Under the pieces are notes generated by a model. That model saw only the letters and a program-made list of their open reading frames with translations, ran no database searches and was not told the origin of the DNA. The position numbers were made by a program, and so were the translations under genes. Shown piece after piece: positions 43,261-55,723 of a stretch of DNA of 64,000 nucleotides. The stretch is from Escherichia coli (GTDB taxonomy: Bacteria; Pseudomonadota; Gammaproteobacteria; Enterobacterales; Enterobacteriaceae), in NCBI RefSeq assembly GCF_003334315.1, contig NZ_QOWR01000008.1; one strand, given 5' to 3'. Each line of letters starts with the position of its first letter. Within the stretch, counting starts at the first letter, position 1.

Positions 43261-43301
43261 TTTGGCGTTGCCGTCAGTCTCAGTTAATCAGGTTACGACG
43301 A

Positions 43302-44612
43302 TTAACCCTGCAGCAGAGACAGAACCTGCTGCGGTACCTGGTTGGCTTTTGCCAGTACGGAGTTACCGGCCTGCTGGATAATCTGCGCTTTCGACATGTT
43401 GGACACTTCGGTCGCATAGTCGGCGTCCTGAATACGGGACTGCGCTTCAGACAGGTTGGTAGTGGTGTTGTTCAGGTTGGTGACTGCGGAATCCAGACGG
43501 TTTTGCACCGCACCGAGGGAGGAGCGGAAAGTATCAACCTGTGCAATCGCTTTGTCTAAAAGTGCCAGTGGATCAGCAGAAGAAGCCCCTGAGAACTGTG
43601 CAGTCGGTTTTGCTGTTGATAATTCAACAACAACTTTATTATCTGTTGCTTTTGCCGCAGTATTATCATCAAGTGCCTTTGAAACCGTTGTAGCGTAGTT
43701 TTTACCTTGGAATGTTACATATCCCGCAGCCGAGCCGTCAGAGTCAGCGGCAACTTTAATCAGTTGATCTTTCTGAGTAGCCGCAGTCGTTAGTCCATTA
43801 TCGGTGTCTGTGTATTCGACATCGGCTTTATTCAACGTGACTTTGCCGTCTGTATGATTAATCGACGCGGAGTAGAAATCATTGCCGGATTGAACGACGA
43901 ACTGTGATGTAGCAGCCCCTTTCGCATCCAGAGTGTTGTGTAACGTCAGGCTAGAAACATCGACTGTTTTACCTGTCGCAGTAGTCAGATCTTTCGCAAC
44001 AGCAGTGAAATCAACACCAACAGGTTTTGCCCCGGCGGCACCGGTAATTTGAGTAATGGAATCACTAACGTTAAGTGACTGACCCGAAACGGAGAAACCG
44101 TTCAGTCCTAATGTAGAAGAGTCAATCTTCTGCAAATCAATGCTAATAGTCTGCCCATCATTCGCGCCAACCTGAATCTTCATCGAACCATCTTTCGCCA
44201 GCACATTCACGCCGTTGAACTGGGTCTGACCGGAAACGCGATCAATTTCATCCAGACGGGATTTGATTTCGTCCTGGATTGAAGACAGGTCAGAATCAGA
44301 GTTAGTCCCGGTCGTCGCCTGAACGGTCAACTCACGCACACGCTGCAAGTTGTTGTTGATTTCAGACAGCGCGCCTTCAGTGGTCTGCGCCAGAGAGATA
44401 CCGTCGTTGGCGTTACGTGCGGCCTGAGTCAGACCTTTGATGTTAGAGGTGAAGCGGTTAGCAATCGCCTGGCCCGCAGCGTCATCTTTAGCGCTGTTAA
44501 TGCGCAGACCAGAAGAGAGGCGCTCGATAGAAGTCGACAGCGCAGACTGGTTTTTGTTGATGTTGTTCTGAGTGATCAGCGAGAGGCTGTTGGTATTAAT
44601 GACTTGTGCCAT
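43302..44612 (-). CDS. fliC: Flagellin FliC (H antigen), 436 aa, non-K-12 central domain
   Basis: ORF 43302-44633; start moved to MAQVINTNSLSLITQNN; N and C termini conserved, central region divergent and shorter than the 498-aa K-12 protein. Confidence 0.95.
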   Translation of the reverse strand: MAQVINTNSLSLITQNNINKNQSALSTSIERLSSGLRINSAKDDAAGQAIANRFTSNIKGLTQAARNANDGISLAQTTEGALSEINNNLQRVRELTVQATTGTNSDSDLSSIQDEIKSRLDEIDRVSGQTQFNGVNVLAKDGSMKIQVGANDGQTISIDLQKIDSSTLGLNGFSVSGQSLNVSDSITQITGAAGAKPVGVDFTAVAKDLTTATGKTVDVSSLTLHNTLDAKGAATSQFVVQSGNDFYSASINHTDGKVTLNKADVEYTDTDNGLTTAATQKDQLIKVAADSDGSAAGYVTFQGKNYATTVSKALDDNTAAKATDNKVVVELSTAKPTAQFSGASSADPLALLDKAIAQVDTFRSSLGAVQNRLDSAVTNLNNTTTNLSEAQSRIQDADYATEVSNMSKAQIIQQAGNSVLAKANQVPQQVLSLLQG

Positions 44613-44688
44613 GATTTCTTTTCCTGTTTTCAAGTCTACGGTTTAAGTATTGGGCTTCCACCCTTCGGCTTCGTCGCCGTCAACCCTG

Positions 44689-44715
44689 TTATCGTCTGGT
44701 CACTCACAACCTTTA
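44689..44715 (-). promoter_or_regulatory. Sigma-28 promoter of fliC
   Basis: Minus strand reads TAAAGGTT, 11-nt spacer, GACGATAA, about 75 nt upstream of fliC. Confidence 0.8.
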
Positions 44716-44788
44716 GAATTTTTTTCTAGCGGTCGAAATACTCCCCTTCCTCGTTGCTGTTCGTGCCATTAAGGCAAAAAATAAATCG

Positions 44789-44815
44789 TAAACTTTACCC
44801 CGCTTACGCCGATAA
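44789..44815 (+). promoter_or_regulatory. Sigma-28 promoter of the fliDST operon
   Basis: Plus strand reads TAAACTTT, 11-nt spacer, GCCGATAA, 45 nt upstream of fliD. Confidence 0.85.
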
Positions 44816-44859
44816 CCCCGGTATTCGTTCTATACACGTCGCATGATTAAGGAAACTAT

Positions 44860-46275
44860 ATGGCTAGTATTTCAACGCTTGGGGTTGGGTCGGGGCTGAA
44901 CTTAAGCAGCATCCTTGACAGTCTGGAGGCGGCAGAAAAATCTACCCTGACGCCGATATCAAAACAGCAAAGCTCTTACACCGCGAAACTGAGCGCCTAC
45001 GGGACGCTGAAAAGTGCACTAGAGAGTTTCCAGACAGCCAACACAGCACTGAATAAAGCCGATTTATTTACCGCCACCTCAACCACCAGCAGTTCATCGG
45101 CTTTCAGCGCCACCACCACGGGCAGCGCGATTGCTGGGAAATACACCATTAGCGTTAGCCAACTGGCGCAGGCACAGACGCTGACAACAAAAAATAGTCA
45201 AAAAGACAGTAAAGCCGCCATCGCCACCAGCGATAGCGTACTAACCATCCAGCAAGGTGGCGGTAAAGATCCGGTCACGATTGATATCAGCGCGGCTAAC
45301 TCGTCACTTTCCGGCATTCGCGATGCCATTAACAACGCCAAAGCTGGTGTCAGCGCCAGTATCATCCATGTGGGTAACGGCGAGTATCGTCTGTCCATCA
45401 CTGCTAACGATACGGGCAGCGATAACGCTATGAAACTTAGCGTCAGCGGCGACAGCGCCCTGGAAAGTTTTATGGGTTACAACGGAACGTCGGGTGATAG
45501 CAGCAATGGCATGATTGAAAGCGTCACTGCGCAAAACGCCAAACTGACAGTCAATAACGTTGAGATTGAAAACAGCAGTAACACTATCAGCGACGCGCTG
45601 GAAGATATCACCCTCAACCTGAATGACGTCACCACCGGTAATCAGACACTGACCATCAGTAAAGACACATCCAAAGCTGAAAATGCGGTTAAAACGTGGG
45701 TGGATGCCTATAACTCATTGCAGGATACGTTCAGCAGCTTAACCAAATACACCGCTGTCGATGCCGGAGCAGAGAGTCAGGACTCCAGCAATGGCGCATT
45801 ACTCGGTGACTCCACACTGCGTACCATCCAGACTCAGCTTAAAACCTTGCTCGCCAATACTCACAGCAGTTCAAACTATAAAACGCTGGCACAGATTGGC
45901 ATTACCAGCGATGCCAGTACCGGCAAGCTGGAAATCGCGACCGACAAACTGCAAACGGCGCTAAAAAAAGATGCCGCTGGCATCAGTGAAATGTTTATAG
46001 GTGACGGTAAAAGTACAGGGGTAACCACCGGCATTAGTAGCAACCTAACCAGTTGGCTCTCTTCCACCGGGATAATCCAGGCCGCAAAAGATGGCGTCAG
46101 CAAAACGCTGAATAATTTGACCGACCAGTACAACGCAGCCAGTGAGCGTATCGATACCTTAATGACGCGCTATAAAGCCCAGTTCACCCAATTAGATGTG
46201 TTAATGAACTCGCTTAACTCCACCAGTAGCTATCTGACACAGCAATTCGACACCTCAAATAGCAACTCGAAATAA
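44860..46275 (+). CDS. fliD: Flagellar filament cap protein FliD
   Basis: 471-aa ORF MASISTLGVGSGL...; clearly FliD but with many substitutions relative to the recalled K-12 protein. Confidence 0.94.
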   Translation: MASISTLGVGSGLNLSSILDSLEAAEKSTLTPISKQQSSYTAKLSAYGTLKSALESFQTANTALNKADLFTATSTTSSSSAFSATTTGSAIAGKYTISVSQLAQAQTLTTKNSQKDSKAAIATSDSVLTIQQGGGKDPVTIDISAANSSLSGIRDAINNAKAGVSASIIHVGNGEYRLSITANDTGSDNAMKLSVSGDSALESFMGYNGTSGDSSNGMIESVTAQNAKLTVNNVEIENSSNTISDALEDITLNLNDVTTGNQTLTISKDTSKAENAVKTWVDAYNSLQDTFSSLTKYTAVDAGAESQDSSNGALLGDSTLRTIQTQLKTLLANTHSSSNYKTLAQIGITSDASTGKLEIATDKLQTALKKDAAGISEMFIGDGKSTGVTTGISSNLTSWLSSTGIIQAAKDGVSKTLNNLTDQYNAASERIDTLMTRYKAQFTQLDVLMNSLNSTSSYLTQQFDTSNSNSK

Positions 46276-46290
46276 TCTTCAGGAGAAACT

Positions 46291-46701
46291 ATGTACGCGG
46301 CAAAAGGCACCCAGGCCTATGCACAAATTGGCGTCGAAAGCGCCGTAATGAGCGCCAGCCAACAGCAGCTGGTCACCATGCTATTTGATGGAGTGCTGAG
46401 CGCACTGGTTAGAGCGCGCCTGTTTATGCAGGACAACAATCAGCAAGGCAAAGGCGTCTCTTTATCAAAAGCGATCAACATCATTGAGAACGGGCTGCGG
46501 GTGAGTCTTGATGAAGAGAGCAAAGACGAATTAACCCAAAACTTGATTGCTCTTTATAGCTATATGGTCAGGCGTTTGCTGCAAGCCAATTTACGCAACG
46601 ATGTCTCCGCAGTCGAAGAAGTGGAAGCATTAATGCGCAATATTGCCGATGCCTGGAAAGAGTCTTTACTCTCCCCTTCTTTGATTCAGGACCCAGTCTG
46701 A
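46291..46701 (+). CDS. fliS: Flagellin-specific export chaperone FliS
   Basis: 136-aa ORF matching recalled FliS. Confidence 0.95.
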   Translation: MYAAKGTQAYAQIGVESAVMSASQQQLVTMLFDGVLSALVRARLFMQDNNQQGKGVSLSKAINIIENGLRVSLDEESKDELTQNLIALYSYMVRRLLQANLRNDVSAVEEVEALMRNIADAWKESLLSPSLIQDPV

Positions 46702-47066
46702 TGAACGACGCACCGCATTTGTATTTCGCCTGGCAACAACTCGTCGAAAAAAGCCAGCTCATGTTACGCCTGGCAACGGAAGAACAATGGGACGAACTCA
46801 TCGCCAGCGAAATGGCGTATGTGAATGCGGTGCAGGAGATTGCACATCTGACTGAAGAGATTGACCCGTCCATCACGATGCAGGAGCAGCTCCGCCCGAT
46901 GCTGCGCCTGATTCTCGACAACGAAAGCAAGGTAAAGCAGTTATTACAGATTCGGATGGATGAACTGGCGAAACTGGTCGGTCAGTCATCGGTGCAAAAA
47001 TCGGTGTTAAGTGCCTATGGCGATCAGGGCGGCTTTGTGCTGGCTCCGCAGGATAACCTCTTTTGA
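46701..47066 (+). CDS. fliT: FliD chaperone and anti-FlhDC factor FliT
   Basis: 121-aa ORF matching recalled FliT; start overlaps fliS stop. Confidence 0.94.
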   Translation: MNDAPHLYFAWQQLVEKSQLMLRLATEEQWDELIASEMAYVNAVQEIAHLTEEIDPSITMQEQLRPMLRLILDNESKVKQLLQIRMDELAKLVGQSSVQKSVLSAYGDQGGFVLAPQDNLF

Positions 47067-47143
47067 ATCTGAATGAGTCGATGGCTCGCGAATAATCCGA
47101 TTACGGCTACGCTTCTAATGTTCCCCTTGAATGGAGTCGAAGA

Positions 47144-48631
47144 ATGCGTAATCCCACGCTGTTACAATGTTTTCACTGGTATTACCCGGAAGGCGGTAAG
47201 CTCTGGCCTGAACTGGCCGAGCGCGCCGACGGTTTTAATGATATTGGTATCAATATGGTCTGGTTGCCGCCCGCCTATAAAGGCGCATCGGGCGGGTATT
47301 CGGTCGGCTACGACTCCTATGATTTATTTGATTTAGGCGAGTTTGATCAGAAAGGCAGCATCCCTACTAAATATGGCGTTAAAGCACAACTGCTGGCCGC
47401 CATTGACGCCCTGAAACGTAATGACATTGCGGTGCTGTTGGACGTGGTAGTCAACCACAAAATGGGCGCGGATGAAAAAGAAGCTATTCGCGTGCAGCGT
47501 GTAAATGCTGATGACCGTACGCAAATTGACGAAGAAATCATTGAGTGTGAAGGCTGGACGCGTTACACCTTCCCCGCCCGTGCCGGGCAATACTCGCAGT
47601 TTATCTGGGATTTCAAATGTTTTAGCGGTATCGACCATATCGAAAACCCTGATGAAGATGGCATATTTAAAATTGTTAACGACTACACCGGCGAAGGCTG
47701 GAACGATCAGGTTGATGATGAATTAGGTAATTTCGATTATCTGATGGGTGAGAATATCGATTTTCGCAATCATGCCGTGACGGAAGAGATTAAATACTGG
47801 GCGCGCTGGGTGATGGAACAAACGCAATGCGACGGTTTTCGTCTTGATGCGGTCAAACATATTCCGGCGTGGTTTTATAAAGAGTGGATCGAACACGTAC
47901 AGGAAGTTGCGCCAAAGCCGCTGTTTATTGTGGCAGAGTACTGGTCACATGAAGTCGATAAACTGCAAACGTATATTGATCAGGTGGAAGGCAAAACCAT
48001 GCTGTTCGATGCGCCGCTGCAGATGAAATTCCATGAAGCATCGCGCATGGGGCGCGACTACGACATGACGCAGATTTTCACGGGTACATTAGTGGAAGCC
48101 GATCCTTTCCACGCCGTAACCCTCGTTGCCAACCACGACACCCAACCGTTGCAAGCCCTCGAAGCCCCCGTCGAACCGTGGTTTAAACCGCTGGCGTATG
48201 CCTTAATTTTGTTGCGGGAAAATGGCGTTCCTTCGGTGTTCTATCCGGACCTCTACGGTGCGCATTACGAAGATGTCGGCGGTGACGGGCAAACCTATCC
48301 GATAGATATGCCAATAATCGAACAGCTTGATGAGTTAATTCTCGCCCGTCAGCGTTTCGCCCACGGTGTACAGACGTTATTTTTCGACCATCCGAACTGC
48401 ATTGCCTTTAGCCGCAGTGGCACTGACGAATATCCTGGCTGCGTGGTGGTCATGTCGAACGGGGATGATGGCGAAAAAACCATTCATCTGGGAGAGAATT
48501 ACGGCAATAAAACCTGGCGTGATTTTCTGGGGAACCGGCAAGAGAGCGTAGTGACCGACGAAAACGGCGAAGCAACCTTCTTTTGCAACGGCGGCAGCGT
48601 CAGCGTGTGGGTTATCGAAGAGGTGATTTAA
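47144..48631 (+). CDS. amyA: Cytoplasmic alpha-amylase
   Basis: 495-aa ORF, GH13 family; matches recalled AmyA. Confidence 0.94.
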   Translation: MRNPTLLQCFHWYYPEGGKLWPELAERADGFNDIGINMVWLPPAYKGASGGYSVGYDSYDLFDLGEFDQKGSIPTKYGVKAQLLAAIDALKRNDIAVLLDVVVNHKMGADEKEAIRVQRVNADDRTQIDEEIIECEGWTRYTFPARAGQYSQFIWDFKCFSGIDHIENPDEDGIFKIVNDYTGEGWNDQVDDELGNFDYLMGENIDFRNHAVTEEIKYWARWVMEQTQCDGFRLDAVKHIPAWFYKEWIEHVQEVAPKPLFIVAEYWSHEVDKLQTYIDQVEGKTMLFDAPLQMKFHEASRMGRDYDMTQIFTGTLVEADPFHAVTLVANHDTQPLQALEAPVEPWFKPLAYALILLRENGVPSVFYPDLYGAHYEDVGGDGQTYPIDMPIIEQLDELILARQRFAHGVQTLFFDHPNCIAFSRSGTDEYPGCVVVMSNGDDGEKTIHLGENYGNKTWRDFLGNRQESVVTDENGEATFFCNGGSVSVWVIEEVI

Positions 48632-48638
48632 ATTCATC

Positions 48639-48660
48639 CCCGGCGGCAAGCCGGGGAGAT
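48639..48660. terminator. Hairpin terminator between convergent amyA and yedD
   Basis: ccccggc-ggcaa-gccgggg stem-loop immediately after the amyA stop. Confidence 0.6.
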
Positions 48661-48664
48661 TTCA

Positions 48665-49078
48665 TTACGGCAGTGGCGTCGGTAACGGCGCTTTATCCAG
48701 CGCGGCGGCACACTCTGCCGTCGGGCGATCCACACGCTCCATCGTCATACCATCGTACTCAATGGTGTTACCGTCACGCTCAACCTCGTACAGCTCACGT
48801 TTTACGGTAACGTTAGTGAGATCATCAGACATCAATGTCAACTTACCCGGCACAGCAATCACCCGCTGCCACTGACGGCAATCCAGAGTATCGCCCTCTT
48901 TAGTGACAATCAGGCTGCCTATCGCTTCCGGACTGACCAGCGCACGTTGCGGCCCTTTGGTCTGCCAGTAGCCCGCCAGCCAGTCCGGCGCGGGGGTTTT
49001 CACGACATTGTTATAGTTTTCGACTTCGGCACAGCCCGCCAGCAACATGAGCGCGCCTGCAATTGCGAGTTTTTTCAT
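48665..49078 (-). CDS. yedD: Lipoprotein YedD
   Basis: ORF 48665-49081; lipobox LAGC; matches recalled YedD. Confidence 0.9.
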   Translation of the reverse strand: MKKLAIAGALMLLAGCAEVENYNNVVKTPAPDWLAGYWQTKGPQRALVSPEAIGSLIVTKEGDTLDCRQWQRVIAVPGKLTLMSDDLTNVTVKRELYEVERDGNTIEYDGMTMERVDRPTAECAAALDKAPLPTPLP

Positions 49079-49264
49079 CATTCGTCCTGCATGAGAAGAA
49101 AAGAGGATTGTGGCATTAAAGCCCTGATGTCGCCAGCCTTTCCAGGTTCAGAGAGAAATTTGATCTAACTATTATTTTTGTGAATTATTACCCCGAAAAT
49201 AAATGTGCATGATGTATGATTCGCGACTCTTGTTTCAAACCTTCTGAGTTCAGAGGCTACATTC

Positions 49265-50470
49265 ATGTCATGGCAGCAATTCAAACACGCCTGGTTGATT
49301 AAATTCTGGGCACCCATCCCTGCGGTCATCGCGGCGGGTATTCTCTCCACTTACTATTTTGGCATTACTGGCACCTTTTGGGCTGTCACGGGTGAATTTA
49401 CCCGTTGGGGCGGTCAGCTCCTGCAGCTGTTTGGCGTCCATGCTGAAGAGTGGGGTTACTTTAAAATTATCCATCTGGAAGGATCGCCATTAACCCGCAT
49501 CGACGGGATGATGATCCTCGGTATGTTTGGCGGCTGCTTTGCCGCAGCGCTGTGGGCCAACAATGTCAAACTGCGCATGCCACGCAGCCGTATCCGCATT
49601 ATGCAGGCCATCATTGGCGGCATTATCGCTGGTTTTGGCGCGCGTCTGGCAATGGGCTGTAACCTGGCAGCGTTCTTTACCGGTATTCCTCAGTTCTCGC
49701 TGCATGCCTGGTTCTTTGCCATCGCCACTGCCATTGGTTCATGGTTTGGCGCGCGCTTTACCCTGCTGCCCATCTTCCGTATTCCCGTGAAAATGCAGAA
49801 AGTTTCTGCCGCCTCACCGCTGACGCAAAAACCGGATCAGGCGCGGCGTCGTTTTCGTCTCGGGATGCTGGTCTTTTTCGGTATGCTGGGCTGGGCGCTG
49901 CTCACGGCGATGAACCAACCAAAACTGGGGCTGGCAATGCTGTTTGGCGTCGGCTTTGGTTTACTGATTGAACGTGCGCAAATCTGCTTTACTTCGGCGT
50001 TCCGCGATATGTGGATCACCGGACGTACCCATATGGCGAAAGCAATCATTATCGGTATGGCGGTGAGTGCCATCGGGATCTTCAGTTACGTACAGTTAGG
50101 CGTTGAACCCAAAATCATGTGGGCGGGACCAAACGCGGTAATTGGTGGTTTACTGTTTGGTTTTGGCATCGTGCTGGCAGGCGGCTGCGAAACCGGCTGG
50201 ATGTACCGCGCGGTAGAAGGCCAGGTGCACTACTGGTGGGTCGGTCTGGGCAATGTGATCGGCTCGACGATTCTGGCGTATTACTGGGATGATTTCGCTC
50301 CGGCGCTGGCCACCGACTGGGACAAAATCAACCTGCTGAAAACCTTTGGCCCGATGGGTGGCCTGCTGGTGACATATTTGCTGTTGTTTACTGCGCTGAT
50401 GTTGATTATCGGCTGGGAAAAACGCTTCTTCCGCCGTGCGGCACCGCAGACTGCTAAGGAGATCGCATGA
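49265..50470 (+). CDS. yedE: YedE, YeeE/YedE family inner membrane protein (putative sulfur or selenium compound transporter)
   Basis: 401-aa polytopic ORF matching recalled YedE. Confidence 0.92.
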   Translation: MSWQQFKHAWLIKFWAPIPAVIAAGILSTYYFGITGTFWAVTGEFTRWGGQLLQLFGVHAEEWGYFKIIHLEGSPLTRIDGMMILGMFGGCFAAALWANNVKLRMPRSRIRIMQAIIGGIIAGFGARLAMGCNLAAFFTGIPQFSLHAWFFAIATAIGSWFGARFTLLPIFRIPVKMQKVSAASPLTQKPDQARRRFRLGMLVFFGMLGWALLTAMNQPKLGLAMLFGVGFGLLIERAQICFTSAFRDMWITGRTHMAKAIIIGMAVSAIGIFSYVQLGVEPKIMWAGPNAVIGGLLFGFGIVLAGGCETGWMYRAVEGQVHYWWVGLGNVIGSTILAYYWDDFAPALATDWDKINLLKTFGPMGGLLVTYLLLFTALMLIIGWEKRFFRRAAPQTAKEIA

Positions 50471-50700
50471 AAAATATCGTTCCTGATTACCGCCTTGATA
50501 TGGTGGGTGAACCCTGCCCTTATCCGGCAGTCGCAACTCTTGAGGCGATGCCGCAGTTAAAAAAAGGGGAAATCCTGGAAGTGGTGAGCGACTGTCCACA
50601 GTCGATCAATAATATCCCACTGGATGCGCGTAATCACGGCTATACGGTGCTGGATATTCAGCAAGACGGGCCGACCATTCGTTATTTAATTCAGAAGTAA
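50467..50700 (+). CDS. yedF: YedF, TusA-like sulfurtransferase family protein
   Basis: 77-aa ORF with conserved CPYP (CPxP) motif; overlaps yedE stop by 4 nt. Confidence 0.93.
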   Translation: MKNIVPDYRLDMVGEPCPYPAVATLEAMPQLKKGEILEVVSDCPQSINNIPLDARNHGYTVLDIQQDGPTIRYLIQK

Positions 50701-50806
50701 TCCCTCATTCCCGCTGTGGCCCACTGCGGGAACATCGTTGCCTCTGACACATAGATTTTACCCACCCCCTCTCCTATTCTTTTCAGTATGATCTCAGGAG
50801 GTTTCT

Positions 50807-51475
50807 ATGTGTGGACGCTTTGCCCAATCCCAAACGCGTGAAGATTACCTTGCGCTTCTCGCGGAAGATATTGAACGCGATATTCCCTACGATCCCGAAC
50901 CCATTGGCAGATACAACGTCGCGCCGGGAACCAAAGTTCTTCTGCTCAGTGAACGTGATGAACACCTTCATCTGGATCCGGTTTTCTGGGGATATGCTCC
51001 CGGATGGTGGGATAAACCGCCGCTGATTAACGCCCGCGTAGAAACTGCGGCCACCAGTCGTATGTTTAAACCGCTCTGGCAACATGGTCGGGCAATCTGT
51101 TTTGCCGATGGCTGGTTTGAGTGGAAAAAAGAAGGCGACAAAAAACAGCCTTATTTTATCTATCGCGCTGATGGACAACCTGTTTTTATGGCCGCGATAG
51201 GTAGCACACCGTTTGAGCGCGGTGACGAAGCCGAAGGATTTTTAATTGTCACTGCAGCAGCAGACCAGGGTCTGGTATATATTCATGACCGCCGCCCGCT
51301 GGTTCTGTCGCCAGAAGCTGCACAGGAATGGATGCGGCAAGAGATTGGCGGTAAAGAAGCATCAGAAATTGCTACCAACGGCTGTGTGCCAGCAAACCAG
51401 TTCACCTGGCACCCGGTATCGCGCGCGGTAGGTAATGTCAAAAACCAGGGCGCGGAGTTAATTCAACCTATCTGA
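50807..51475 (+). CDS. yedK: SOS-response-associated peptidase (abasic site processing protein) YedK
   Basis: 222-aa ORF beginning MCGRFAQ (catalytic Cys2); matches recalled YedK. Confidence 0.93.
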   Translation: MCGRFAQSQTREDYLALLAEDIERDIPYDPEPIGRYNVAPGTKVLLLSERDEHLHLDPVFWGYAPGWWDKPPLINARVETAATSRMFKPLWQHGRAICFADGWFEWKKEGDKKQPYFIYRADGQPVFMAAIGSTPFERGDEAEGFLIVTAAADQGLVYIHDRRPLVLSPEAAQEWMRQEIGGKEASEIATNGCVPANQFTWHPVSRAVGNVKNQGAELIQPI

Positions 51476-51868
51476 TAAGCCTGGAGATTATTGATCAACA
51501 ATACTGCGTCATAAGAAATCTCTATTAGACAAAGTAGACGCTCCTTCCACATGCGCCACAAGAAACCTCTATTCCAGTGACACAATTACGCCTGATTATT
51601 TCCCTAGCCCGGAATATGAATAAAAACATCAACAAAGATTAAATTATTCAAACGTTACTGTTGCGTCTGCGGTCGTAGCAACATCCGACGTGGTGATGAG
51701 TGTTAAAAGAGACACTCTGATGTTCAGAGGGGTTATCGCGTTTACGGATCGTGGATGGCAGAAAACTTTCAGGATCAGGTATCCATTTTAAACCAGAAAT
51801 AGGGTGAGTTTGCCCCATCCATGCCCCACGCGGGCAGATGGGATGTAATTACCAACAGGTTACAAAAC

Positions 51869-52183
51869 CTACACCTGCATGGACATCACTTCCTGATACG
51901 CCGCCACCAGCTTATTACGCACCTGAATCCCCATTTGCATAGAAACTGAGGCTTTTTGCATATCGGTCATCACATCGTTTAACGCCACGCCGGGTTCACC
52001 GAGGGTGAATTTTTCTGCCTGCGTGCGGGCGGCTGTTTGTGTATCGCTTATGCGATCGAGCGCGGCGTGCAGCTGCCCGGTAAAACTAATGGTCGGTTGT
52101 GGCAGTGATTCCTGTGCACGCGCACTCATCGCCGTAGCCTGTAACTGGCTGATAACCCCTTCAATCCCCTGTATCGCTGACAT
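51869..52183 (-). CDS. fliE: Flagellar hook-basal body protein FliE
   Basis: ORF 51869-52213; start moved to [15 protein letters not shown] (104 aa). Confidence 0.93.
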   Translation of the reverse strand: MSAIQGIEGVISQLQATAMSARAQESLPQPTISFTGQLHAALDRISDTQTAARTQAEKFTLGEPGVALNDVMTDMQKASVSMQMGIQVRNKLVAAYQEVMSMQV

Positions 52184-52397
52184 TTTCGTCTCCCGGATAA
52201 TTTCTGGTAGCAAAGCCTACCAGTAAGTCAATAAGACAAAGGCGCTAAATAGCAACAAAAAAACGGGTTTATTGGCGGATAGAAAAAAACGAAAGCACAA
52301 ATAATGGGAGCGTCAATTTTTCGAGTTTGCTGACCCGGGAGTGAGTCTTGTTCCACTTTGCCAATAACGCCGTCCATAATCAGCCACGAGGTGCGCG
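52184..52397. promoter_or_regulatory. Divergent fliE / fliF class 2 (FlhDC-dependent) promoter region
   Basis: Intergenic region between divergently oriented fliE and fliF; individual FlhDC boxes not resolved by eye. Confidence 0.6.

Positions 52398-55722
<3,325 letters not shown>

Positions 55723-55723
<1 letters not shown>

Noticed and set aside
50701-50806. Hairpin ttcccgc/gcgggaa after yedF as a terminator
   Set aside because: The stem is short and not followed by a T-run; insufficient evidence to call an intrinsic terminator.
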